DNA of 64,000 nt from Lingula anatina (GCA_051362555.1 CM120648.1:907721-971720); one strand, 5' to 3'; positions 38,082 to 52,915 are shown, counted from the stretch's first letter. A program made the numbers and translations. Notes: generated by a model from the letters alone, not told the origin.

Positions 38082-39529
38082 CCGTGTCTTTTTTCTTCTT
38101 ATTCCTTTCCTTGACCCAAGATGGTAAGATCTTTTATTCTCTATGATATGGTGCATTGCTTACCCTTTGACGGGTCGACCCCAGTTGCTTCTGAAAATCA
38201 CAAGAACAACTAGATAAAAATTTTATACGCGTATGTAACTGACACAACCTCTGCTAATTTACCTGATGCAGATGACTGAATGTTCTGGTTATATAATGTT
38301 TATTCTTTTACTCTCAAGCAAATCGTTTTATTTCCTTTTTAACCAACATGCTCACACACCTGTCTGCGTCCCTAATGTGGTGTTTCGTTGCTTCTTTGCA
38401 CTGCAGTCTTCTGTTGATTCTGAAAATTACAAAAAGAATTGCATTCGTATATAACCTTTTCCCAATTAACTGTTGAAAAACGGACGTTTATTATTTTTTT
38501 TTTTTTTAGAAACTTTCTTTTAAGATCACTAAGTAGTAAGGCAATATCGTTTCACATTCTGTAAAACGGAAGTAAGTTAGGTTCGTTTTGTTAAAAGAAA
38601 CCCTTGAACACCAACTATAGTCGATGGTTTTGCATACTTACCCCCACTAGTTTCAGTGGAATCCTGTTTTCTCTTCATTCCACCATGAGACATTCCTTTG
38701 CCTGGAAGTAAAAGGCACCTTATCATTTATTTGATACGATATTATTCAGGTACGCCTGATACATGTATAGGTCATAGGCGGATACACCCATTCTCCTTTA
38801 CAAAAACTAAATAAACAATGATGACACAAACCAAACGAAAAAAACAATGCAAAGTCAAAGCAATTGTTAAATTTTTTGAACACCATATTTTGAATGCCCC
38901 GCAAAAATATTTCTACGTCAAATTAGGAAGGCAATATTTATTAAGTTAATCATGAATCCAGAGAGAGAGAAAGAGAGAGAGAGTCAGTCCACATGTCTTT
39001 AATAAAGTGTGCACCTACCGTCACTTTCCTCAATAAGTAAAACCTTTGCCTCAGGAAGAATTTTGCCCGACAGCAGTGGACTCCAATTGGTTTTCAGATC
39101 CGGCCGTTTCATCGTGTTTAGGATGAATAACGTTTCATTAGGTATGACATCCAAGACTTTAAGTACCGTCTCCTTTGACTCGCTTAAAAGAGAAAATAAT
39201 TTTTATGTCAAACCATCATTTCTTGTTATTCATTATCTTAATTAATCAATCCGATGTTAGGCACTCGCATCATAACATGTTGAATTGCAAATATCAAAAT
39301 AGTCTAAGTTGTATCATTTATTAAAATCCACATGTTTATTTATTTACATTGCACATATTCATAGAGCTAGATAGTTAAAAAGAAAAAAATATTTAGAAAA
39401 CCAATATATATGCTAAAAAATATTTTTATTCATATCAACACTAGAAGTAATTGTTATGTTATTTCCTTTTCATCTATCCAGTGCAATAAAGTGTTGTATT
39501 AGTTATATAACATATTGTAAAATTCCAAC

Positions 39530-39576
<47 letters not shown>

Positions 39577-42328
39577 ACATTTTAGCACACTGACACCTAA
39601 TAAATTACAAAATATTAACAAAACTCACTATTCTAAAGTTACTTTCATAAAAAGTTTGAGCCTTTACCCTGAAATATCATCCAATATTTCCAAGTCGATG
39701 ACTGCCTTGTGACCTCCCCATTCCCTCTGTCCAGGTTCGTTGCTGGAGTTAGCCCACTGTAAACAGATCACGAACTTCACCAGTTCACCATGTTCGGAAT
39801 CAATTGCCTGCCAGGGTACCACACGTTCGTCAGGGCGCATGTGGGGCAGAGTTGTTGGCAGTGATCTGTTTCTTGACAGCAGATCTGCGAGTCTATCGCT
39901 GATGCTGAGATTGCGCAGTTTGTCTCTGTAACACTCACTTAGTATCTTTTCCAGTAGAGACCACCACCACATCGCTATCAGAATAATGAAAAGCATATTA
40001 TTTAAAAGTAACTCAAAAACAAAGTGTGGTTACACAGGCCCGTTGCCAGCAAATTCAAAAGGGGGAGTCTTTTCTGGAAAAGTGGACATTTACAATGAAA
40101 CTTATGTGTACCTAGATTTATTTTTACCTAAAATGGACCTTTTCCTGACAAAAGGGGCGTTCTTTGGAATCCTCCGACCCCCCTCCCCCCCCCCCCCACC
40201 CCCACCCGGCTACGGGCCTGTGGTATTTACAAAGAAGCTACATGTACATCGATCGCATTCGACATTAAGAAATCGCTCGTCGGGATCGTCAGTGCCTTTT
40301 ATTTATTTTTCATAGAACTTTAAACAATTTCAGGGGCGGATCCAGGATTTTTTGAAAGGGGAACCACCGATCCGAAGCCAACCCTTCCTCCCCCCCCCCC
40401 CCCCCCCCTTGACATGGGGTTCTGTGCCCGTTGCCCGAAATATGTTGGTATTTAAGAGGGCGAACAGTGCCATTTGGCACGGTTTAGAACTATGATTCAG
40501 CTAGTCAAAATTCTAATTTAATAGTGGACCAGAAATCGAAGGGGGGTCAGGACCCCCCTTTAAATCCGCCACTGAATTTCCTCAAGTTTTATCACATCCA
40601 AAATCATTAAAAAAACTATCTACAACCCCCCCTTCAGACCTTGAGTTCCAAGTTTGTATCTTACTTTTTTCAACAAATTTGGTTATAATCTAAATCTTAG
40701 TGATTAAAAAATTGTCGAAGTAAAATTGACTTGTTGTTATATAATTGTCTTACGCTCATAGTTTACCTTTCATTTGAAAGTATTGATATTCATTAATGTT
40801 TTCATCGTACGGCTATAAAGTATACCACGTCACCTACGAAGCTGCTTTCCGAATGACAGATGAGCGTGCACAATTATTCATAAAAAACACATCTTTTAAT
40901 GGTCAAACAAACTTCATAATTCATAATTCTCACTATTCGAATTTTAATTATCTGATCTAATGATAAGCACACAAACGCCTTCTACGTTTCAGGGCATTGA
41001 GTATGAATAAGCTGTTCTCATGTTTCAGTGTAGAACTATAGTTTTTGCATATACTTACCCAAATTATAAGCCTGTTCAACATTTCTTTTTACTGCATCCT
41101 GTGATACAGCTTTCCCTGAAAGTAAAAAACACATCAATATTTTGAGAGTGTGTGGCAGGTTTAAGAGGTAGCAGTATGTTCTTTTCAAAATCCTACTTCA
41201 CACATGCCCTTTGGTTAGATATCTTTCCTTTTAAAGCAAAATGAACATTTTAATTTACAAAAATAAAAAAGGAAAAAAAAAGACACATCTCAGGCTCGGA
41301 AAATACTCCAAAACATTGCACCAGTAAATATCTATTATGAACATTCAACACTGCAATATCACAGACCGCTTGTTTGAGGCATCTATAAATGGTTCACTTT
41401 AAAGAAGAACAGACAGCAAGAAAGAACACGCCTGACAGAAGGGCACGTGTGTCAACCTACCGTCACTGCCTTCAATTAGTAGAACCTTAGCGCCCGGAAA
41501 ACATTCGCCAGACAGCAAAGGTTCCCACTTAGTTTTCAGATCAGGACGTTTCATGGCATTGAGTATGAATAGGGTGCTCCGTGGTAAATCTGGTATGCTG
41601 GCCAAGGTCTCCTGCACCGTCTGCTTTCTTTTCCTAGCATGGTCTCTAATTAAAGAAAGAAGAAAACTCTATTACCAATGCCTAGTTCACGATCCCGATC
41701 CGCAAAAAATAATCTTCAAATTTGTACCAAATAGATAACAATCTTTCCAACCTCACAAAACTTCGTCGAATCTAAATCTTTGAACTAACACCTTCAATGG
41801 ATTTTACGTTACTATTGTGTTTTGTACTCTTCCTTAAACATTTTGTAAGTCAAAATGTCCACTAACCGCCAGTGTAAAAAAAATCAAGCAATATTAATAA
41901 TATAAAGATACACAGTGTGTATAAATTGTCACTTTGACTTTCTGAAAAAATAACTAAACTCGGCAATCCGAACCCTTATCATATAAAGTCAAAATATTTC
42001 CAGTTTTACCCTAAAACCTCTTCCACAGTTTCCACGTCTATGACTGCCTTGTAACCTCTCCATTTCCTCTGTCCAGATTCATCACTGGAGAAGGCCCACT
42101 GCCCACAGACTACAGTCTTCATAAGTTCACCATGTTCGGAGTTACTCGCCTCCCAGAATGTTACACGCTCATCAGCTGACACACGTGGCAGTTGTTGTCC
42201 TCTCTTTTCATCCAGGCCAGTGTATCTATTATGCATGCCAGTATGCATACTATATTTTATAGTGTAATAATGATTAAGTACCAAACTCAGCGGCTTCCAC
42301 CCTAAATCAATATCTGAAATTTGAAAAC

Positions 42329-42402
<74 letters not shown>

Positions 42403-45400
42403 GTATGTGTTATTTTTTGGAAAAAATCTAAAACGCACACAACATTCAATATGTATCTTCATAGCAGTTATGTTGCCTCACTAACTGGCCATCTTTCATT
42501 CAATAAAATTAATTCGGTCAATATGATTTTCTTAAGCTCATGCGAAGAGAGAAATTGTCGAATCATATGCCTAACTTGAAACGTAATAATTGCTGTAACT
42601 TTTAGTAGCTTATTATGCTTTGATGGTGGTTTTACTATTTGAATGACAATAGTCACCAGTATATAAAACAGTCTGCCATCAGTTAGATATGTAACATATG
42701 TTAGGTACAAAATCTTGCTTTTCCCAAGTTTTCTGGTTAAATAATGCGACCCCCCCCCCCCCCCCCCCCCAACGTGAGTGATGCCATTGAGATGTAAACA
42801 CAACTGAATATAACGAAACACCATAGTTAACTTACGTCTCATACAGATTGCCAGGTCAACCTGCCCTGCATGTGCCAAAGCCTCATTAAGAGCCCCCACA
42901 GCTCCCTCCCTGTCCCCTGAGAGTAGAGTGTCCAGCATCTCCTGGACTTTCTCCACTCTGGATGGCTGCTGAAGTATGGTGGCTCTTTCATCCTCACTGA
43001 CCTTGCCTTTGCTGACGAGATGATAAAGTACAAGATGAAGGTCTGGTTCAGGGAGGTCATCAGTTATCTGAAGGTATGCACTTAGTATTTGCCTCTTACT
43101 GTCAGGTATCTGAACATAACGGCCTGTTCCCCTCTCCCGTGAGTACTGTGTGGTCAGTATATTACATGCCAACTCTTCATGACCTGCATCCCATAGTGCA
43201 CAAGCCAACACCCTCATCGCTCTTGGACCCTTGTTTCTTTTATTCATGACAGTGTACAACAGTACCCGTGCTGTCAGCAGAGTAGGGGGTCTTATTGGCT
43301 GCTGTTCGTCTAGGATTTTGTGGCGTTTTAGTATATCTGTGACATTAGCAAGTGTTGAAACCTCCTGAAGTGCAGTACAGGTGTCATCGTAATGCTCTTT
43401 TAAAGCTTTGACGTAGCCAGGATCATCGTCATATACTTCAGGGGGACGCAGTGCTAAAAGGAAGAAATGACCATAAACAAAAAAATAATGATAACATTGA
43501 TGATAAATAAATAAGATATTATATGTTGCTCATACGTCCTACACTACACGCACAAGTGATAAATATATATTAAGCTAGATACATTAAAAATAAATAACTA
43601 GATGAAGCAGACTTGAATCCAAGTTTTTTTACACATACCTTTAATTGATAACATGTTAATACTTTTTTTCATTCAAAGACGTGCAGAGAGATTGGAGTCA
43701 TTTATTTTAAGGGGTATTTTAAACATAACAAAAATATTTTCACGAATATGTAAACTTGATAAATTTCTTTTTATTTTGAGATGCTGTGAGAAACCACTCC
43801 CGCTCGCACTTTTAAAGCATTTAAAAGAAAGGAATGTCATGTCAAACGCGCCTAACTTAATTTAAACTTCAATAAGTTACTGCTGTAACTTTACGCAGAT
43901 AATTAAGCTTTGATTGTGTTTATGCAATGTAATGGCTTTAGGCACCATTATTTAAAACAATCAGTCATAGCTATTCCCTCAAAGAGCCAAATTAGACTTG
44001 AGAAAATACATCGTCACTGTGCGTACAACACAAATATGGAATAGCCTACCCGATCAAGTTGTCAGGACAAAAGGCCTCAACTCTTTTAAGAACAGACTAG
44101 ACAAGTAGTGGAATGACCAGGAACTCAAATATGACAATTACAGGTCCGAAATTAACATCACCGGAAGTCACAGTTAGCTTTGGAGGAAGAGTCCGATAAC
44201 GGGGATACAGTAGGAACCTGAATCGGAAATCAACGCTAGTCTAATCTAAGTCAAAATTTATTTTTCATTTCGAGACGCCATGAGAAATACTTGTTTAGTT
44301 TGTCCTTCAGTTGTTTGTAAAGCCGTAGAATTTTTTAAACTAGCATTACTTAGTTTAGCCTATATACACCTGATAATCGTAATGCATTTACAACATTGGT
44401 CAAAAAGGTTGTCCCACCTTCAGTATCATGCACTTTTATTTATATATGATCACACCACAGGAGAAGATTGTTATAAATAGTGATTTTCATTCCAGATACC
44501 ATAACTAACATGATTAGTGATACGGAAAATGCAAACTAGCTGTGAATATATCAAAATTTAATACCATTTTTATTACATGTACCCTCTCAAATCCGACGTT
44601 TCACTGTGGTTTTCACAGAGGTAAAGAAATGTCCATTAAATTGAAATGACACCACCAAATCTCACCATATTCTCACACATTTAGTATTAGGGCGTGCTCG
44701 TTAAAGGCGCCATCAACAGGAGATAATTACAGTACATGGTAAACACACACGCTAATAGACACGTGACCTTTAACGAGCACACCCTAATGCTAAATATGTG
44801 TAAATTTGGTGACATTTGGTGGTTTCATTTCAATTTAATGGGCATTTCTTTACCTCTGTGGAAATGACAGAGGAACATCAGATTTGAGGGGCACATGTAA
44901 TACATGTAAATAAATGGTATTAAATATGGGTATCTTAACCGCTAGATTGTATTTTCTGTACCACTGATGTGATCATTCATAAATAAAAGCACATGAAAAC
45001 GGGAGTGGGACAACCTTTTTGACCAATGTTGTATATGCATTTACAGGTATAATCTGACCCGACACGAGAACAATATACATGGACTTGGAACAACATCATG
45101 AACAACATCATGGCGGCGGAAATAAAATGTGACTGATTGTTGTCAGGTGCAATATTTTTAGAGTGGGAAAAGTTAAATTGGAAAATACTGTCAACACTGC
45201 ATGAACCAGTTATTCCAATTTATATGACACAAAAAGTTTTATTGCACTTACCTCTTCTGGATATCTCCTCTATGTCATATTCAGCTTTCTCAACATCTTC
45301 CACAAGTTTTTTTACACCTGCATCTTTCAAAAGTTCCTTGAGCTTCTCATAACGTCCAACTGTTATAACACACCGGTTATGCAAGGCATTCAGAATGTCG

Positions 45401-45594
45401 TAAGGAGTTTCACAACTTTCCAATTCTCGGTCTCCTAAATGGATTCCAGTTAGAAGTTGTTTTATGTTCTGTAGCACAGGTGTCGTAATATTGTTGTTCA
45501 AATAAACAAACAGTTGATTTTGTCGCAACCGTCTCGACATTTCTTCCTCATTCAAGCCTTCCAATCCCCTACATTGTTTGGTAAGGTACTCCAT
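37593..45594 (-). CDS. Paralog C: DED-CARD-CARD-(degenerate NACHT-like)x2-basic tail, about 712 aa
   Basis: Exons 45594-45252 (DED), 43453-42836 (CARD-CARD), 42313-42010 + 41645-41461, 41115-41059, 39974-39668 + 39182-39019, 38701-38642, 38419-38360, 38190-38164, tentative terminal exon 37606-37593. Exon sizes match paralog B except the first module-1 exon (304 vs 298 nt). Confidence 0.82.
44365..45051. mobile_element. Foldback MITE of about 690 bp in the DED-CARD intron of paralog C; paralog B keeps the left arm only (about 28600-29020)
   Basis: TGCATTTACAACATTGGTCAAAAAGGTTGTCCCAC pairs with GTGGGACAACCTTTTTGACCAATGTTGTATATGCA; TTAGGGCGTGCTCGTTAAAGG pairs with CCTTTAACGAGCACACCCTAA; the intervening arms also pair. 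Confidence 0.8.
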
Positions 45595-45829
45595 CTCAGT
45601 GAAAGAAACGCTGCAGATGAGGAGAGGTTAGATGTGCACTGATTAATGTCACTAAAGGTTGCAGAAACAATGGCATGCACCACCGTGTCTGACGCTCAAT
45701 CTGAAACAACATACCGTAAATTAATAAAAGATGAATGCATGCGTTTTTAGTACCTAAAGTGATTCTCAGATTTGGAAACCCTGAGGTTTATGACAGAATG
45801 TACACTCACCCTTCTATTTGTTGTTATTT

Positions 45830-45860
<31 letters not shown>

Positions 45861-46249
45861 TTGTTGTCCAAAGACGGTTCAGCAAAGATAATTTGGAAGA
45901 CTGTCAGAAATTGTTTCTGGACCCGCCCCTGAATTCTGAAGTGCCCATGCAATCAAAGATGTTTCAAATTATTTGTCCTAATTCTAATGGTCAAGGAGAT
46001 AGTAGACATTATATATAATGTGAAAAAAATCAGTATCAACCAATCCACAGGAACAGCCTAGCCTCCAGGTGCACTGAAAATCCTACTACTAAGTGCCCAT
46101 GCACAACCTTGATCAAAGGTATATCAATCATCAAAGTTTCATCATTTTAATTCTTATGGTCTAGGAGGAAAAAACAAAAAATTAATAAGAGAAAAAAAAA
46201 AGGAATCTGCAACAACTCCTAAACCCGCCAATGCGCTGGACTCGTGGCT

Positions 46250-49200
46250 ACTTTCATACAGCTGGTTTATCGACAGAATGAATTATCTTACGAACTTACT
46301 TAAAATTCGTCTCAGTGATATCTTCAAAAAGAAGTATGACATCGATAGCGTCAAGCGCTGCACTTTTTTTCACGATGGTGCTCGGGTTAAAGCAGATTAC
46401 GGCGCGTATTGATTTCTCGAGCTTTAAATACACAACTGGAGATATCCCATCTTTTCTTACATGCAATTAGCTCCAAGGCGACACTTTTGTTTTATTTTTT
46501 GTAATCGCTATATTTTATTAAAAATTCCACGATAGCCTACCAGTGCATCAGCTAGGTTGTCCGGCTGTTACTTCACGAAAACAATGCGATACTGAATAAT
46601 TTTTACGTCATCGCTATAAATAAACACTTGTACTTTCCATTTTTGAACAACCACTTTGTGTATTTTTTCTTTGCAAAAAATCTTCCAGTGCCTCTAAATA
46701 ACAATGGTAGGCCTACACCTGGAAATCATTTCTATCCTACATGTTACTCTCTCATCGACCGTTGCATGGTCTTCAAATGGTCTTCACAACGACGACTAGA
46801 CTTTGTGGATTATTTTTTTAATCGTAGCTCCTGTTCTTGAAATAAATAAAAGAAATAGAATTGATGTACGCCCTGCTTCATTTGACCGCTTTTCACTAGT
46901 CTCAGAGATGCATCCTTATTACTGATAAACTGACAAAATCAATTATTATACGAACTTACTTGTGGTATCTTCCTAGAGATTTACGCCTATGGGACCCTTT
47001 TCACGAAGGTGCACGGCCAACATGTCGCGTATTGATTTTTACCAGCCTTAAATAACAATGGGTAATAACCTGTTTCTGTTCAATTGTTTGTTCAAACAGC
47101 TGTTTTTACATGTACTAGTGCATGAACGGTCACGTCTTTGCAAACTTATAAATGTTTACGCTTAAAGACAACCGACTGTGCATAGGCCTCTCACAATTTT
47201 AGCCAAACCTCTTAACTTATCGTATTACAGAATTATATCTTTTCTTGTCTGTCCAGTTGTCGACACAGGTGAAAAGCGCCATAAAAATTCCCCCTTATAA
47301 TAGTCTATAAATGAACATTGGAAATACCCAGCTGCGCACAACTCTTTTGTGCATCTTTTTCTTGACTTGCAATCAGCTCTTTTGCCACATTGTTCATTTC
47401 TTTAAACTTAGCCTACTAATTACATTTTTTTGTATTCTTTTTTCTTTTAAAAAGTCAATGATAGCCTACCAGTACTGTTAGTTGTTTGGCTGTCACTGCA
47501 CGTAAGCAATGCGATACCACGTGTATTAAAATTTCCTCGTCATCGCTATTAATAAACGTGTGTCCTCGCCATTGTTTGAACAATCACTTTGTTCCCTTTG
47601 CAAAATATCTTTTGGTGCTTTTATTTAGTATCGATAAACCCTTAAGTCATCCTTTAGGTTATTTTTCCTGCCTGCATGGTCTTAATTCACAACGCCGACC
47701 AGTTTTGCGGCTTATATTTTTAATCATGCCTACGCTGTAGCTCACATTCGTTAAATGGATTATAAGAATTGAACTGGTATATGATCTACTTTATTTTAGT
47801 ACTTTTCACTGCATCAGAGGTACCCGGGTACTTCCCTATCACTAGTACATTGACAAAATCAAGTATTTAACGAACTTACTTGAAATCAGTCTGAGTGGTA
47901 TCTGCATAGAGATTTGTGACATTCAACGTTAGGCGTCGACACCTTTTTTTCACGGAGGTGCACGGCCATTATGGCGCGGATTGATTTTTTGCAAGTTTTT
48001 TAATGGGAAATAATCAAGTGTTTGTTTGAACAGCTGTTTTTACAGGTTCATGAGCGCTCGCGTTTTTCCAAACCTATACATGTTTGACTTCCTGAAACAA
48101 AAATGCACACTTAAAGACGCCCAATGGGAAATCGCAACTACATAACATGCTATACTACTCACAATGTTCATTATAAAAATCTTACAAAAATAGTTTCATT
48201 TCTTGTCGGTGTTCAACTAAGGAAATATTAGTACTGTGCAAATTACTTTCCATTTCGTCGCAGTGACGACCTCACTAATCTTTTTCAACTCACCAGTATA
48301 TATATATATGCTTGCGGTGTTTTTTCTAAAAATGTCGCTTACTTAGCAAGAGATCTTTTCGTGCCCAGGTACATGTAAGCTGCGCAATAAAATGTCCCTT
48401 TAGGTAGAGCAATAAATAAACATTGGAAATAACCTGCGCACACATCTTATGAGCATATTTCCTGGAATAGGTATGCCTCTAGTTTACTCTTATGTGACAA
48501 GGTTAACTATTTCCTAAACTCACTAATGAAGTTTTTGTATATTAATTTTATTTCAAAAAAGCCAAATTTATTAGTCCTGTGCCTTGTTGTCTGGCTGTCG
48601 CCGAAAGAACAGTGCTATACAATTTAAATTTCCACGTCATTGCTATAATTAAACGTGTGTCATCGCCATTGTTTGAACGACCACTATATTCCTTTTGCAA
48701 AATATCTTTTAGTGCTTTTATTTAATATTAATAACCAATATGTAATCCTTTATGTTATTTTTTCCTGATCCTGCGTGGTCTTCACAACGCCGACCAGTTT
48801 TGCGGATTATTTTTTAATCCTGTCTACGCAGTAGTTCACGTTCTTTAAGTGGATAATAGAATATTGAAATGTGTATGATCTACTTTATTAGAGTACCACC
48901 TTATTACTGGTATATTGACAAAATCGAGTATTTAACGAACTTACTTGAAATCTGAGCGGTCTTCATAAAATACAGATTAACGGCCTTACAGCGTCAAGAG
49001 TCGGCGCCTTTTTTCATAGAGGTGCACGGCCAACGATGGCGTATTGATTTTTGTCGGATTTGAATAACAGTGGAAAATAGCCCCTTTCGGTTTATTTGTT
49101 TGTTCAACAATCAGCTGTTTTTACAGGTACTAGTAGCTGTGCACGAACGCTCGCGTTTTTTTTAATATACACCGTACATGTCTTAATTCCTTAACCAAAC

Positions 49201-49340
49201 TTGCACGCTTATAGATAACCAACTGTGCATAGGCCTCTCACAATAATCTCTTATCGAATAACAGAGTAATTTACCAAGTATCTTTCCCTTTTCGATATGA
49301 TAATCAGCAGTAATAAATATCGTGTACAGGTAAATGCGTC
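46250..49340. repeat. Four diverged tandem units of about 0.65-1.05 kb upstream of paralog C
   Basis: CGAACTTACT recurs at about 46291, 46951, 47871 and 48936, each followed by TTTTCACG..GGTGC(A)CGG and ATTGATTT. Other shared blocks include CGTCATCGCTAT, TTTGAACAACCACT and CACAACG..GAC. Confidence 0.8.
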
Positions 49341-51942
49341 TCAATCAATGGATACATACGTACTGCGAATCTTTTTTTTTTGGTAGGGGTGGGGGGCGTC
49401 TCGATAGTCCGAAGGGTCATCGGTCCGAAAAGTGGTAATATTGCTCACAATTCTTCCAAAAACTGCAGATAATATTTTTTTGCAAGTACCTTTGTTGTAA
49501 GTAATCAATAAAAAAAAAAAAAACAAGTGATGCAATTTATGTTTATTTTTATTGTTTATTCTGAATATTTTCGTGACTTCATTTTACACTTCATTTTACA
49601 CCCATGAGTCAAGGGAGACGGCAACATAAACTGTAGAGAAAAACTGCATGAATAATGTCAGGTTTCTGAACAGAAGTCACAGGAGTTTCTTGACTAGCAT
49701 AGGCCATGTGAACACACGTCAGCTAAGGCAATACCCTTTACATTGACTTGAATATGACACATTTGACTGCATTTGACTATATAATATTATCACAATGTAT
49801 AAATACCCGGTACACTAATATACTTAAAGGGATAATAACTCTTCATATGAAATCTGTATTTCACAATAAAAACATTGTGAGTAACTCATAAAAATATAAT
49901 ATATTCTGTTTTCCCACAAAAACGGCTGTTATAGCTATTATTCTGATATCTGAGCTTGTCTTTAGACCACGTGACCTCCATTGATGGCTATACTCTGTTA
50001 AGATCTCTTAAGAGATTTTAACAAAAAAACAAACTTTTTAGAAAAAAACCAGGGACTAACTTTGAATGTAAAAATGGATTCATTAACCATTGGTAAGTAT
50101 GGGAAAATTGTTGTTTACTCCAGGAAAATTCATTTTTTGGCCGAAACGAAGAGTTATTATCACTTTAAACTATGGAAATTATATGACACGACTTTACCTT
50201 ATTGAATTACCCCTGATATAAACTGAGTTTTGAAAGAAAAGGGAAATATTTAAGATTAAGGTCTTGCAAATGAATCACACCAACAGAAAAATATTTAACA
50301 CAACACAGTATTTTTCCATCATAAAAAAATAAATGTAAAAAAAAAACTTATACAATAAATGGAAAACTGTCTATCTTATGAAAATGTGTTGCATATTTGC
50401 TGATGTTTTGGAGTCAAATCATCACTTAATGCCCACTTTTAACTGCACCCTTTTTATTCATCTTTAAGCAAATAAAATTTCATACTTAAATAAGTATCTG
50501 TGTATAATTTTTTTTAAATTCACCTCATGCAAAACAAATCAGGAACCTTTTGCCATCTCACTACGTACGTCATGAACCTCAAAGAATTATTCCTATTTTT
50601 CTTTTCCTGATAAAATTTTTCCTTGCATTCAAAGTACAAATCATATGAGGCTTATGAAGTACAATTATAGTAAGACCAGTCATTATTTAAGTCAGGAAGG
50701 GGTGGTGAAGGAGAAAATGCCTGTGGTTAAAAAAATTCAATACCCACCTGAAAGCATTCAAATTTTGGGGATCCCCCTTCTGCATTGATAGAAAAATTCA
50801 GGCCCCTCTCAATAAAAAATATGCAAGCATAAAAACATATCAAAAACACTCCACTCATGTACATGTACTTCAATTTCATGTATAAATTGAATGGTTTTAC
50901 AAAAGCCAGGATTTTGAACACATTCTAAGAGCATGAACAGCTTCTTGTTGAACTCACCTGAGGACAATTAAAAATTGGAAACAAAAATAGATGGCCTTAT
51001 TATCTCAAAAAGTAAACATATTCACTGTCACTTATTCAAACTCAAGCGCAGGCTTGATTTTTTGCTTTTTTTTCATAATTATAGCACAGTGTCAGAAAAG
51101 TAAAATTAAAGGCTGGTTAGACAGGGGAAGATGCTCTTTACCCCTTCAAAATTTGTTAAATTAGGTAAAATCCTAGCTAGTGTCCTTTTAATATCAAGCA
51201 TGATGAGAAGGTGTAAAAAACATTTCATTATTATGGTTAATTTTAGCAAAAATTTAAGGGAAATGACATTAAAGATGAAAAAACTTGAATTCATATAAAA
51301 AGCCAAGGTCACTTTTCTCAAGACCCCCTTTAAATGTCATTTTCAAATTTCAAAACTCCCTAATTTTTACTTTAAAAAATTCAGCCCTCCCCCTTTTTCT
51401 CCTCCCTCCCCCCCCCCCCCCCCACCTCCCCTCTGACTTAAAAAATGACTGGTCCCTTACTCCTTCTTTTCAAACAATAAATTACTTCAATTTCTTAATT
51501 AAAGCTATCAATAAAAATGAAATAAAATAATAAATAATAATAAAAAAACAATACTATATCTGTGCCATGCATTTAAACTATATCCTATATTGCTACATAA
51601 ACATGTAGTTCTCAGTTTGTTGAAGGGAGATGATTCCCTAAAAATCCGCATAAAAATACATACGCCCAATACCAGTACACAGCACTGGGTGCAACATACA
51701 AATAAAAATTAAAAATTTAACATTTCTGATTCTATTGATTGATTGATAGATAACATCATATCATAACAAGTTTAAAAACTGTTAATGAGGCATAGCAGCC
51801 TTTAAAAAAACCCATTATTCCATAGAGCTGAGTTAATAAATGAAACATGTTAATCCACACTCATAATTATCAGTAACCATTGCTCTATACCTTAGACCTC
51901 TATATACAGAAAATTATATAATTTAGTCTTTTATAAAACTTT

Positions 51943-52231
51943 GGGTGTATTCAGAGTAGATGAACTGTGGATTCACTGATCCATGGAGTAAATATGGCAA
52001 ACCCACTTAAAAGCAAGCTGCCTAATCCTCTGGTGGTGTCCCCGCTTCCACTTCCGCAATTAAACAGATTAAATCTCGACTCCAAGGCTTAATTGCTGGA
52101 CCCCTGCAGGGATGGAGAGTGTAAATGCGGGGAGACCATCAGGGGATTAGTCGGCATGGCTTTTAAGTGGTTTGGTCATACTTGATCCCTGGTTCTGTTA
52201 GTCCGCAGATCAACTTGTTCTGGATGAGCTC
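51943..52231. mobile_element. Degenerate hairpin MITE
   Basis: CCACTTAAAAGC...CTAATCCTCTGGTGGTGTCCCCGC pairs with GCGGGGAGACCATCAGGGGATTAG...GCTTTTAAGTGG, with imperfect outer arms. Confidence 0.65.
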
Positions 52232-52915
52232 TTTGTAACAGCTAGACTGCTAGTGTTCACTGGCCTTCTGCAATGTTCATGTGCCTTAAGAACTATGTAT
52301 TAAAGTTCAACACACAGAAGAACACAACCCTAAAATCATTGATGAAGACTTGCAAGTCTTAAGATGATGATTCAATAACAATTTTTAATGATACTTATAC
52401 TTGAGCATTAAATGTGTATACATATAGACTTTCCAAAATACTTTTTATACACGTCTTCTATAAGCGTCCTACAAAAATAGCTATTGACTAAGACCACACA
52501 CAAACACACACACACACACACTCAAGGACCATAACATGGTTAAACAAGTCATATTTTCAACATATACGATATAGGTCAAATATGTGCTACCACCAAAAAC
52601 TGAGCTGTACTTAGAAGTCTTCTAGCTGTCACTTTGTCAGTTATGTTCCTCTCATACATGTACATACCCTGTACCTCCTCATGTACAGTAACAGGAAGGA
52701 ATGCTACAGTAATAGTTAGTAATGTCCACAAAGTCATCATACAGTACTGAAAACAGTGCATATACTCGCACATATACTTGGGTATACACTGTGCATATTG
52801 ACTTACTAAAATTGGGCAAAATATGACAATAAAAATTTAAAATGTCATAACATTAAAATGAAATAATAATAAAAAAATCATTGTGCATGTTAATAAAGGT
52901 GCGCATCTACTAGTA

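Larger units (their letters stand above)
15430..45700. repeat. Tandem segmental duplication carrying paralogs B and C (offset about 20.6 kb at the 3' end); an older duplicate carries paralog A
   Basis: About 15.44-18.2 kb is nearly letter-identical to 36.05-38.85 kb, and 27.7-28.7 kb to 43.45-44.5 kb. The upstream region of B (30.4-35.1 kb) is homologous to the upstream region of A (11.6-14.9 kb), and 4.9-5.2 kb is homologous to 16.4-16.7 kb and 37.0-37.3 kb. Confidence 0.9.

Noticed and set aside
6900-45594. Intact NLR genes, caspase domains or RHIMs in the DED-CARD paralogs
   Set aside because: No GxxxxGK[ST], no LRR exons, no QACRG in any modelled exon and no (I/V)Q(I/V)G motif. The QAC seen in the 20584 and 41399 ORFs lies past the splice donor, in intron sequence.
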